DNA of 29,598 nucleotides from positions 1-29,598 of the forward strand of contig AP018172.1 of assembly GCA_002368175.1 (NCBI GenBank), written 5' to 3'. Below the pieces are notes generated by a model. The model was given only the letters and a program-made list of their open reading frames with translations. It did not search any database and had not been told where the DNA came from. The first letter of the stretch is position 1; each line of letters begins with the position of its first letter. Source of the DNA: Calothrix sp. NIES-2098. Lineage in GTDB: Bacteria; Cyanobacteriota; Cyanobacteriia; Cyanobacteriales; Nostocaceae. Made by a program: the position numbers and the translations under genes. Shown here piece after piece: positions 8,602-17,176 of this stretch.

Positions 8602-9153
8602 ATGAGCGTTATTACTGCCAAGTGGACGATTGACGAATATCACCGCATGATTGACGCTGGCATTTTGAGTTCGCGCAAAGTTGAATTACTTAAAGGAGAA
8701 ATTGTCGAAATGTCGCCGGAAGGGGAACCTCATGCTTATTCTAGTGATGAAGCTGGTGAGTATTTAGCAAACTTATTGAGCGAGCGTGCTAAAATTCGTC
8801 ATGCTAAACCAATTACCCTACCTAACGACTCAGAACCAGAACCAGATATTGCCATTGTTCAACGTTTAGGACGCGAGTATCGAGAGCATCATCCTTATTC
8901 AGAAAATATTTTCTGGGTGATTGAATATGCTAACTCTAGTTTAGACAAAGATCTAGAGACAAAAAGTAAAATCTATGCAGAAGCAGGAATTTTAGAATAT
9001 TGGGTTGTCAATCTTAAAAAGTTACATCTAGTAGTGTTTAGAGACATCCTAGATGGAGAGTATGCAACCAAACAAACGTTAACTTCAGGAACAATTCAAC
9101 CACTTGCATTTCCAGATATTTCTGTTGAAGTAGAAAAAATTATTAATAGGTAA
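8602..9153 (+). CDS. Uma2-family (DUF820) putative PD-(D/E)XK endonuclease
   Basis: The N-terminus (WTIDEYHRMIDAGIL...VELLKGEIVEMSPEG..PHA) and C-terminal D...E.K-like segments (PDIAIV, VIEYANSS, ILEYWVVNL) match a family that is very abundant in cyanobacteria. Assignment from family knowledge. Confidence 0.75.
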   Translation: MSVITAKWTIDEYHRMIDAGILSSRKVELLKGEIVEMSPEGEPHAYSSDEAGEYLANLLSERAKIRHAKPITLPNDSEPEPDIAIVQRLGREYREHHPYSENIFWVIEYANSSLDKDLETKSKIYAEAGILEYWVVNLKKLHLVVFRDILDGEYATKQTLTSGTIQPLAFPDISVEVEKIINR

Positions 9154-9182
9154 TTACGAATTGCCAATTAGTAATTAATTTA

Positions 9183-9203
9183 GGACTTACGCAATTGGCA
9201 CAA
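9183..9203. repeat. IS terminal inverted repeat (one end)
   Basis: Seen in sequence; it pairs with 10408..10428. Confidence 0.55.
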
Positions 9204-9243
9204 ATAGCAGGCAGGGCAAAGCCCTGACACGCGACAATATAAA

Positions 9244-10257
9244 TCAAACCAAGCACATAAAAATACTTGGGCGCTTCAGTTGCTGAATTAAATAATTAGA
9301 AAGCAAGTTATGCTTGATTTGATAGATAGTTTTGCCAGTTCTATAGGCTAAATTCTTTAACCTAACCCAAACCAACATTGCACAAGCAATATGATTTCTT
9401 TGGAGTCTAGCTTTCCGACACTGGCAAGATTCAATGCCAGTTAGTTGTTTAATTTCCCTGTGAAACTCCTCTATTTTCCAACGAATTTTACACACCTGTT
9501 GTACAACATCCGTGGAACTTTGAGATAAATCGTTAGTGGCGACATAATCCGTTCTGTTGGTAGAAACAGTAACCCGGAATAGTTTCACTTTTTTATTAGC
9601 TGGGAATCCTTTAATTTTTATGATTTTACCACAGTCTAATTCTTCTTGGTTCCATTCTAATAATTCAATCCGTTTATATTTTTCTTGACCAAATGTATCA
9701 TCAACTAAACGATTATTTTTTAAAGGGCAATAATAAATTTTGTCTAAGCTATCAATATATAGCATTAAACTGTGTACCGCATACCATGTATCCATCAAAA
9801 CAGTATCAAATGGTAAAAGCTTATGATACACAAGGTTTTGGAGCATATCTTTCACATGGTCTATCTTGGTTTTCCCATCGACATCAGGATTAAAAATTCG
9901 ATAATCTATGACCCAAAATCTTTGAAGTGTAGGGTTGACATACACGCAGCTAACTACACCAATGCCTTTCAGGACACCATGCTCATTACCACTATATTGT
10001 CTTCTGACTATTTCTATTTCTTCAGAATACTTTTTATCTAAAACGCTATCATCAAATATGATGTAACCATTTTCATCAGACTCAACGACCTCTTTCACGT
10101 TATCCCATAGTAAACGAGGTGTTAATTTTTCGGTTTTCAAATAATAGTTAATTGCGTCATGACTAATACTCTCTAAATGCTCTGCCAAATTGGTAATTGT
10201 ATAATTAATTTGACTACTTAATAAATATTGGCAGTAATTAAGCTTAGTAAATCTCAT
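9244..10257 (-). CDS. DDE transposase (IS4/IS5/IS701 superfamily)
   Basis: 337 aa. The C-terminal motif CKIRWKIEEFHREIK has the R-x3-E-x6-K signature of the IS4/IS5/IS701 DDE transposase superfamily. Acidic residues are spaced consistently with a DDE triad. The ORF is flanked by the TIRs above. Confidence 0.75.
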   Translation of the reverse strand: MRFTKLNYCQYLLSSQINYTITNLAEHLESISHDAINYYLKTEKLTPRLLWDNVKEVVESDENGYIIFDDSVLDKKYSEEIEIVRRQYSGNEHGVLKGIGVVSCVYVNPTLQRFWVIDYRIFNPDVDGKTKIDHVKDMLQNLVYHKLLPFDTVLMDTWYAVHSLMLYIDSLDKIYYCPLKNNRLVDDTFGQEKYKRIELLEWNQEELDCGKIIKIKGFPANKKVKLFRVTVSTNRTDYVATNDLSQSSTDVVQQVCKIRWKIEEFHREIKQLTGIESCQCRKARLQRNHIACAMLVWVRLKNLAYRTGKTIYQIKHNLLSNYLIQQLKRPSIFMCLV

Positions 10258-10407
10258 TACCCTTAGCGAAATTTATCTAATATAACCTCTACCTATTTTC
10301 TCACGAATATTTCGATAGTACTTCCAAGACAGCGACTTCTATTACGAAGGCAAAGCTTTCAAAATCAGATTTAATTAATACATATGTACTATGAACTAAC
10401 GATCGCA

Positions 10408-10428
10408 TTGTGCCAGTTGCGTAAGTCC
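10408..10428. repeat. IS terminal inverted repeat (other end)
   Basis: Seen in sequence; reverse complement of 9183..9203 with 1 mismatch. Confidence 0.55.
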
Positions 10429-10433
10429 TGTAA

Positions 10434-11426
10434 TTATAAGGTTAATTTTACCAACTTAGCAGTATCGGGAAAATCACTAAAGACGCCATCAACGCCTAAG
10501 CTGAAAAATAGCTCGTATTCTTTTTGCGGATTACCTTGAAAATCGAGAGGTAAAAACAAATCTTCATTGCGGAAAGTCCAAGCATGAACTAGCAAACCAG
10601 CGTTATGAGCATCGGTGATTAATGATGTAGGCAATCGCAATTTACCATGACTATCTCTAGGCACAAGCAGATTTTTATGAACTCCAATCGCCTTTGCATA
10701 TTTAGCAATCTCTGTTAAACCTGATGCTGTCACCAAGTCTGCATAGGTGCGATCGCCTCCATTGACGATAAAATCATAAGGCTTTCCAGTATTATTAATT
10801 AATTGCACTAAAGGTAAATCAGTTTTTGTTGCTAAATATTTGAGGTTGCTAACTTCAAAAGACTGGATGAATACAGGTGCATTCGCTCCTTGATAACCGT
10901 TCGCCTGTAAACTTGCTAGTAAAGGTTCTTCTAGCGGTAATCCAATCGACTGGAAATAAGAAGGGTGCTTGGTTTCTGGATAAATACCAATGGTACGACC
11001 AACTGCGGTACTTTTAGCCTTGGCTAAATTGATGATTTCTTGCAGTGTGGGAATTTCAAATAGTCCATCATAGTTTGTATTTTGCGATCGCACTTCGGGA
11101 ATTCGCTCTTTTGCCCGTAGTGTTTTTAGTTCTGCCAGGGTAAAGTCTTCAGTAAACCAGCCTGTTTTGGTTTCTCCATCAATAATTTTGGTAGTTTGGC
11201 GTTGAGCAAATTCCGCATGGTTACCAACATCAGTCGTTTCCGAAATTTCATTTTCGTGACGAGCAATTAATACACCGTCTTTGCTAGCAACTAAATCTGG
11301 TTCAATATAATCAGCCCCTAAATCAATTGCTAATTCATAAGCAGCCAATGTATGTTCTGGACGATAGCCGCTAGCACCTCTATGTCCAATAATGATTGGG
11401 GGTGTACCTTGCAAAGTTTTAGTCAT
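10434..11426 (-). CDS. glpQ: Glycerophosphodiester phosphodiesterase (GDPD family, GlpQ/UgpQ-like)
   Basis: N-terminal IIIGHRGASGYRPEHTLAAYELAIDLGADYIEPDLVASKDGVLIARHENE is the canonical GDPD catalytic His/Arg/Glu/Asp arrangement. Confidence 0.85.
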   Translation of the reverse strand: MTKTLQGTPPIIIGHRGASGYRPEHTLAAYELAIDLGADYIEPDLVASKDGVLIARHENEISETTDVGNHAEFAQRQTTKIIDGETKTGWFTEDFTLAELKTLRAKERIPEVRSQNTNYDGLFEIPTLQEIINLAKAKSTAVGRTIGIYPETKHPSYFQSIGLPLEEPLLASLQANGYQGANAPVFIQSFEVSNLKYLATKTDLPLVQLINNTGKPYDFIVNGGDRTYADLVTASGLTEIAKYAKAIGVHKNLLVPRDSHGKLRLPTSLITDAHNAGLLVHAWTFRNEDLFLPLDFQGNPQKEYELFFSLGVDGVFSDFPDTAKLVKLTL

Positions 11427-11917
11427 TAACGCCCCTAAAATAAATCTATCTTGTGTTAGCGATTGGTTGGTGTCGGCTTAGAGGTATTATTTGTGCTAGG
11501 ATTGCCTTCTGTTTAATTACACAATCTTACATAAATTAGTAGCTGTGCGCACGAAAACTATAAAAGCAGCACTAGATATAGATGAAAGCTATCGTTAAAA
11601 AACAATGTAGTCAAGGCTACAAAATGCATCAGATATTTATTTGACAAGGTTAATTTTATTACCTCAAAATAGTTCATCCTATATACCATGAGACTGATGC
11701 TAATAAAAGGATTCAGAATCTTATCACAGTAATAAAATGTATTAATAAATTTTGCTATATTGATTGTATAATTTTTCTAACTGATTATGTGCGCAACCGG
11801 ACAGACTCAAGTTTACTTTTTCAGTAAGCTTAGAAGCAGTTAGTTAACAAAAATATTTTGAAAATTGTTTAAGTAAAGGTCATTTATATACCATTTTAAT
11901 CATATAAATTTTGAGAT

Positions 11918-11944
11918 TTTTTCTGCAATTTAATTGCAGAAAAA
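11918..11944. promoter_or_regulatory. Near-perfect AT-rich palindrome (13-bp arms, 1-nt spacer) inside an 809-bp AT-rich divergent intergenic region; candidate operator or weak terminator
   Basis: Sequence tttTTCTGCAATT t AATTGCAGAAaaa followed by TTTTTGCTGTTTTT on the + strand. Seen in sequence; the function is inferred. Confidence 0.3.
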
Positions 11945-12235
11945 TTTTTGCTGTTTTTCCATATAATTATTAATATATTGATAAAAAAATATAATACTTA
12001 AGAATTATTTGGAAATTGAATATTATACTTACTCAGGCAGATGAGAAAGGCAAAAAAGCACCAGTATTATTATCAATAATTCCACAAATTACTGATCGTA
12101 CCAATTCAATATAAAAATGCGCCAAACAAAGCTGAAAGCTTTAGTTTAAGGTGATTTAGGCGTTTCTTATAAAGAAAAGGTCTTAGAGATTGGCTAGCGA
12201 GAATTAATAAACATAAGGAATGAGAGTGAGCTTTT

Positions 12236-14677
12236 ATGCCCAGTGAAAAAGCTAAAGTCAAAAACAACGGTGTCAGTAATATTATTTCACCAAAGCAGAG
12301 CAATAGAAAGCGATCGCAGCTGGAAGAAACGCAATCATCAGGTACATCACTGCTGCATTCAAGTTCATCAAATAAAAAGATTCAACTAACGGAAACCTTT
12401 CAAGATACTCCTGATATCATCTGCTTATCTCATCTGCGTTGGAATTTTGTTTATCAACGACCACAACATCTTCTTAGCCGTTGCGCCCAAGGAAAACGAG
12501 TTTTCTTTATTGAGGAGCCAATTTTCTCCCCCGATCCCGTGGGCAGGTTAGAGATCGACGAAGATGCTAGTGGGGTAGTCGTGGTTGTACCACATCTACC
12601 AGAAGGAATGAGTGAAGAAGCTATCAACGCAGATTTACAAGTTTTAATTGATGGTTTGTTTGCCAAACATAAAATCGACAAATACATTTGTTGGTATTAC
12701 ACGCCAATAGCGATCGCATTTACTCGCCATTTGCAGCCTCAAGCCATAGTGTATGATTGCATGGATGAATTGTCTGCATTCAAAGGCGCATCACCCACGT
12801 TAAAGAATTACGAAGCCGAACTATTCCGCCTTGCAGACTTAGTATTTACAGGGGGACAAAGCCTTTACGAAAGTAAAGTCAACCAGCATCCCAACGTCTA
12901 TGCATTTCCTAGCAGTGTAGATGTGCCACACTTTGCCCAAGCCAGAAATATTCCAGAAGCAGCAGATCAAGCCCATATTCCCCATCCTCGCCTCGGATTT
13001 TTTGGCGTCATTGACGAACGGATGGATATTGAACTGCTGGCTGGTATTGCCGAAGCGCGTCCTGATTGGCATTTAGTAATTATTGGGCCAGTTGTCAAAA
13101 TCGATCCCGCAACTTTACCACAGCACGAGAATATACATTATCTCGGTGGCAGAGACTATAAACAACTACCTGCCTATTTAGCAGGGTGGGATTTGGCAAC
13201 ATTACCCTTTGCGCGTAATGAGTCAACACGCTTTATTAGTCCTACCAAAACTCCAGAGTATCTTGCCGCAGGTCGACCTGTAGTATCCACCTCAATTCGC
13301 GATGTGGTGCGTCCCTACGGCGAGTCGAAACTGGTGCGAATTGCAGACACAGTTTCGGATTTCGTCACCGCCGCCGAACAAGCAATGCAAGAAGACACCA
13401 GAACATCAGAATGGTTGAGTCGAGTAGATGCTTTCTTAGAAAAGATTTCTTGGGATCGGACTTGGGCATCAATGATGAAACTGATTGATTCTGCCATTGC
13501 TGCCCGCGATAGTGAAGACAAAGCTAACTCCAAAGGTGCAGCGAGTACACAAGCACCAAATATCATTACTAGAGAATTTGTCTTCGATTACTTGGTTGTC
13601 GGCGCTGGTTTTTCTGGCAGCGCGATCGCCGAACGTTTGGCAAGTCAGTCTGGTAAAAAAGTACTGATTGTAGACAAGCGCAATCACATCGGCGGCAATG
13701 CCTACGATCATTATGACGATCATGGCGTTCTCGTACACAGATACGGCCCGCATATCTTTCACACCAACTCCCGCGAAGTCTTTGAATACCTTTCGCGCTT
13801 CACTCAGTGGCGTTCTTACGAACATCGCGTTCTGGCAAGTGTAGACGGGCAACTTGTCCCGATTCCCATCAACCTCGACACCATCAACAAGTTGTATGGT
13901 ATGAATCTCAATTCATTCGAGGTGCAGGAGTTTTACAAATCACTCGCTGAACCAATAGAAAACATCCGCACTAGTGAGGATGTGGTGGTGAGCAAAGTTG
14001 GTCGAGAACTGTATGAAAAGTTTTTCCGGGGTTATACGCGCAAGCAATGGGGACTCGACCCATCAGAACTTGATAAATCAGTAATTGCCCGGATACCGAC
14101 CCGCACCAACCGCGACAATCGTTATTTTACCGATACTTACCAAGCAATGCCACTGCACGGCTTTACGCGGATGTTTGAGAATATGCTCAATCATCCGAAT
14201 ATCAAGATAATGCTGAACACAGATTATCGGGAAATTCAAAAAGCCATTCCTTGCCGTGAAATGGTTTACACAGGCCCAGTTGATGAATTTTTTGATTATC
14301 GCTATGGCAAGCTACCATATCGATCGCTCGATTTTAAGCATGAGACACACAACACAACTGTGTTTCAATCAGCACCAGTCATCAACTATCCTAACGAACA
14401 CCTTTATACCCGCGTGACGGAGTTTAAGTACTTAACTGGGCAGGAACACAATAAAACTAGTATTGTGTACGAATTTCCCAAAGCTGAGGGCGATCCTTAC
14501 TATCCTATACCGCGTCAAGAAAATAACGAAATGTACAAGCAGTATAAGGCGCTGTCTGATACGACACCAGGAGTATATTTTGTCGGCAGACTAGCAACCT
14601 ACAAGTACTACAACATGGATCAATGTGTTGCTCAGGCTCTCTCTGTGTACAAGCAAATTGCCGTTAAAGCCTCATAA
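12236..14677 (+). CDS. Bifunctional glycosyltransferase (N-terminal, GT-B-like) / UDP-galactopyranose mutase (C-terminal Glf domain) fusion protein
   Basis: C-terminal ~370 aa match UGM/Glf throughout: FAD motif VVGAGFSGSAIA, KRNHIGGNAY, YGPHIFHT, GYTRKQWG, RIPTRTNRDNRYF, YRSLDF, GDPYYPI, GRLATYKYYNMDQ. N-terminal ~440 aa resemble a GT-B fold glycosyltransferase (WNFVYQRPQHLL, FFIEEP). The first ~60 aa are Ser/Lys-rich low complexity, so the start is uncertain. Confidence 0.8.
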   Translation: MPSEKAKVKNNGVSNIISPKQSNRKRSQLEETQSSGTSLLHSSSSNKKIQLTETFQDTPDIICLSHLRWNFVYQRPQHLLSRCAQGKRVFFIEEPIFSPDPVGRLEIDEDASGVVVVVPHLPEGMSEEAINADLQVLIDGLFAKHKIDKYICWYYTPIAIAFTRHLQPQAIVYDCMDELSAFKGASPTLKNYEAELFRLADLVFTGGQSLYESKVNQHPNVYAFPSSVDVPHFAQARNIPEAADQAHIPHPRLGFFGVIDERMDIELLAGIAEARPDWHLVIIGPVVKIDPATLPQHENIHYLGGRDYKQLPAYLAGWDLATLPFARNESTRFISPTKTPEYLAAGRPVVSTSIRDVVRPYGESKLVRIADTVSDFVTAAEQAMQEDTRTSEWLSRVDAFLEKISWDRTWASMMKLIDSAIAARDSEDKANSKGAASTQAPNIITREFVFDYLVVGAGFSGSAIAERLASQSGKKVLIVDKRNHIGGNAYDHYDDHGVLVHRYGPHIFHTNSREVFEYLSRFTQWRSYEHRVLASVDGQLVPIPINLDTINKLYGMNLNSFEVQEFYKSLAEPIENIRTSEDVVVSKVGRELYEKFFRGYTRKQWGLDPSELDKSVIARIPTRTNRDNRYFTDTYQAMPLHGFTRMFENMLNHPNIKIMLNTDYREIQKAIPCREMVYTGPVDEFFDYRYGKLPYRSLDFKHETHNTTVFQSAPVINYPNEHLYTRVTEFKYLTGQEHNKTSIVYEFPKAEGDPYYPIPRQENNEMYKQYKALSDTTPGVYFVGRLATYKYYNMDQCVAQALSVYKQIAVKAS

Positions 14678-14694
14678 TTAGGGCTTTTTTGTAG

Positions 14695-14724
14695 GGTGCG
14701 TTAGGACATTAGTCCTAACGCACC
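14695..14724 (+). terminator. GC-rich hairpin (13-bp perfect stem, 4-nt loop) downstream of the GT/UGM gene; possible terminator or RNA structure
   Basis: Stem GGTGCGTTAGGAC-atta-GTCCTAACGCACC. The T6 run lies upstream of the stem rather than downstream, so this is not a canonical intrinsic terminator. Confidence 0.3.
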
Positions 14725-14882
14725 GAAAGTCTCGGATAGGGCTAAGAGAGGGGCATAACACACCCTAAAAATTACTGATGGTCAAGATTTTTACAGCCGT
14801 TTTCACGTATTTGAACCACATCTATCCAGCTAAAAATAGCTGTAATCCATCCAAAATCCAAAATTGGTATGAGTTGTAAATT

Positions 14883-17093
14883 ATGACTTCTGCTTTCAAC
14901 TCGACACTCAATACTACCAAATCACAACTTCCCCTAGAAGTGTGGGCTGGTCTAGAGTGTACGGTTAATCGTGTGGGTGACGAGTATTTCGATCAGTTAG
15001 AACGCAATGGTCATGCAACGCGTTTAGATGACCTAGATTTATTCGCTGAACTAGGTATACAAGCCATCCGCTATCCAGTGCTGTGGGAACGCATAGCACC
15101 GAATGGATTGGAGAATGCTGACTGGTCGTGGGCAGATGAACGATTAGAACGCTTGCACAAACTTGGTATCCGTCCGATTGTGGGATTAGTCCATCATGGC
15201 AGCGGCCCGCGTGATACAAGCTTGATAGATCCAGAATTTCCTGAGAAACTAGCGGTTTTTGCGCGGGCGGTGGCGAAACGCTACCCTTGGATAACACATT
15301 ACACACCTGTAAACGAACCACTGACAACAGCCCGATTTAGTGGGATGTACGGTCACTGGTATCCTCACGGTCAAGACGATTTAACTTTTGCCCGTGCTTT
15401 GTTGGGAGAATGTCGAGCGATCGCACTTTCAATGCAAGCCATCCGCGAAGTTAACCCCAATGCTCAACTCGTACAAACTGAAGATTTAGGAAAGATTTAC
15501 AGTACGCCAAAGCTGGCTTATCAAGCAGAATTTGAGAACGAGCGCCGCTGGTTGAGCTTTGATTTATTGTGTGGTCGAGTTACTCCAACTCATCCCATGT
15601 GGGGTTACTTGCGCCATTGTGGTGTCAGCGAGGCTGAAATAGAAGTATTTTTACAAAATCCCTGTCCGCCTGACATTATCGGCATTAACCACTATCTGAC
15701 GAGCGAGCGCTTTTTAGATGAGCATCTAGAAAATTATCCCGCTTGCACGCATGGCGGTAACGGGCGGGATAACTATGCAGATGTGGAGGCTGTACGAGTT
15801 TGTGCTGAAGGTTTGGCAGGGCCGCGAACTTTGCTCAAAGAGACATGGGAACGCTATCAACTGCCCCTAGCTGTGACTGAAGTTCACCTCAGTTGCACCC
15901 GTGAAGAACAGTTACGCTGGCTCCATGAAGTGTGGAACGCAGCTCAAGAATTACGAGAACAGGGTGCAGATGTGCGTGCTGTGACGGCTTGGGCACTGCT
16001 CGGCAGCTACGATTGGAATAGTTTACTAACTCGCTGTGTAGGATACTACGAGTCAGGGGTATTTGATTTGCGCTCATTACGTCCTCGTCCAACAGCGATC
16101 GCCAAAATGGTGCAAGATTTAGCCACTGGACGTCAACCCAATCACCCCATACTCGACACCCCAGGATGGTGGCATCGGCAAGAACGACTCTTATACCCAG
16201 CAGTCATTTGTGATAAGAACAGAGGGGAATTTCAATCTCTACTCTCCCCTGCTTCCTCTCGTCCGCTAGCAATAATTGGAGCCACAGGTACTTTAGGTAG
16301 GGCTTTCGCTCGCTTGTGCGAACTACGTGGCATCTCCTATCGCCTGCTCACACGGCAAGATATGGACATTGCCAATCCCGCTTCCGTTGATGCAGCCCTT
16401 ACCGAGTTACAACCTTGGGCAGTTGTGAATGCTGCGGGATACGTGCGAGTAGATGATGCAGAACGCGAACCTCATATTTGTTTAAAGATAAACGCTGAAG
16501 GCCCGGCAATTTTAGCTGCTGCTTGTGCTAAACATCATGTAGCGCTGCTGACTTTTTCATCAGATTTAGTATTTGATGGTGCTGTCTCTAATCCTTATAT
16601 CGAAACTGATAGCGTTGCTCCTCTGAATGTGTATGGGTGCAGCAAAGTTTTGGCAGAAAAGCTTGTATTACAGGCTTATCCAGCATCCTTAGTGATTCGT
16701 ACCAGTGCATTTTTCGGCCCTTGGGATGAGTACAACTTTGTCACCATCGCCCTGCGACAATTAGCAGCAGGTAATACTTTTGTAGCCGCAGAAGATGCGA
16801 TCGTCTCACCTACTTATGTACCCGATCTTGTTCATACCAGCCTTGATTTGCTAATTGATGGCGAGAACGGTTTATGGCACTTGGCAAATAAAGACGCTGT
16901 AGCTTGGGCTGACTTGGCACGATTAGCGGCGAAAAAAGCAGGTGTGAGTGTTAGCGGTTTAATTTCTGTGCCTACACAAGAACTAGGTTTCATCGCTCCT
17001 CGCCCAGCTTATAGCGTTCTCGGTAGCAGTCGCGGTGAATTAATGCCACACCTTGATAGTGCAATTTCTCGCTACTTGGAAGAGAGAGGCTAA
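14883..17093 (+). CDS. Fusion protein: N-terminal clan GH-A-like TIM-barrel glycoside-hydrolase-like domain + C-terminal RmlD-like (dTDP-4-dehydrorhamnose reductase family) domain
   Basis: N-terminal domain has the clan GH-A acid/base signature NEP (YTPVNEPLTT) and a nucleophile-like TE (LAVTEVHLS). C-terminal ~280 aa has the RmlD pattern: IIGATGTLG, VVNAAGYVRVDDAEREP, NAEGPAILA, SSDLVFDG, YGCSK (catalytic YxxxK). Confidence 0.7.
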   Translation: MTSAFNSTLNTTKSQLPLEVWAGLECTVNRVGDEYFDQLERNGHATRLDDLDLFAELGIQAIRYPVLWERIAPNGLENADWSWADERLERLHKLGIRPIVGLVHHGSGPRDTSLIDPEFPEKLAVFARAVAKRYPWITHYTPVNEPLTTARFSGMYGHWYPHGQDDLTFARALLGECRAIALSMQAIREVNPNAQLVQTEDLGKIYSTPKLAYQAEFENERRWLSFDLLCGRVTPTHPMWGYLRHCGVSEAEIEVFLQNPCPPDIIGINHYLTSERFLDEHLENYPACTHGGNGRDNYADVEAVRVCAEGLAGPRTLLKETWERYQLPLAVTEVHLSCTREEQLRWLHEVWNAAQELREQGADVRAVTAWALLGSYDWNSLLTRCVGYYESGVFDLRSLRPRPTAIAKMVQDLATGRQPNHPILDTPGWWHRQERLLYPAVICDKNRGEFQSLLSPASSRPLAIIGATGTLGRAFARLCELRGISYRLLTRQDMDIANPASVDAALTELQPWAVVNAAGYVRVDDAEREPHICLKINAEGPAILAAACAKHHVALLTFSSDLVFDGAVSNPYIETDSVAPLNVYGCSKVLAEKLVLQAYPASLVIRTSAFFGPWDEYNFVTIALRQLAAGNTFVAAEDAIVSPTYVPDLVHTSLDLLIDGENGLWHLANKDAVAWADLARLAAKKAGVSVSGLISVPTQELGFIAPRPAYSVLGSSRGELMPHLDSAISRYLEERG

Positions 17094-17110
17094 GACAAGA
17101 GGCAGGGGGG

Positions 17111-17137
17111 AGTGTGGGAAGTGTGGGGAGTGTGGGG
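17111..17137. repeat. Short tandem repeat, 3 x 9-mer AGTGTGGG(A/G)
   Basis: Seen in sequence (agtgtggga agtgtgggg agtgtgggg). It is followed by three spaced copies of AATGACAA up to the next start codon. Confidence 0.5.
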
Positions 17138-17176
17138 AGAAAAGACTTATGCTTAATGACAAATGACAAATAACCA

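Larger units (their letters stand above)
9183..10428 (-). mobile_element. Insertion sequence (~1246 bp) bounded by 21-bp imperfect terminal inverted repeats; IS4/IS5/IS701-superfamily DDE transposase
   Basis: Left end GGACTTACGCAATTGGCACAA (9183-9203). Right end TTGTGCCAGTTGCGTAAGTCC (10408-10428). These are reverse complements with 20/21 matching. A single transposase ORF lies between them. The element sits in the intergenic space between two convergent host genes. Confidence 0.6.

Noticed and set aside
9693-10041. Plus-strand ORFs 9693..9893 and 9823..10041 inside the IS
   Set aside because: They are antisense to the transposase ORF and have no signature. A second transposase ORF, for example an OrfA, would be co-directional with the first.
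12106-13852. Small ORFs overlapping the start and body of the GT/UGM gene (12106..12303 –, 12454..12687 –, 12839..13072 –, 13315..13566 –, 13469..13852 –, 13485..13667 +)
   Set aside because: All are embedded in or antisense to a CDS supported by end-to-end UGM homology, with no independent evidence.
14965-16092. Minus-strand ORFs 14965..15327 and 15889..16092 within the GH-A/RmlD fusion gene
   Set aside because: Antisense to a supported CDS in a GC-richer region where long random ORFs are expected.
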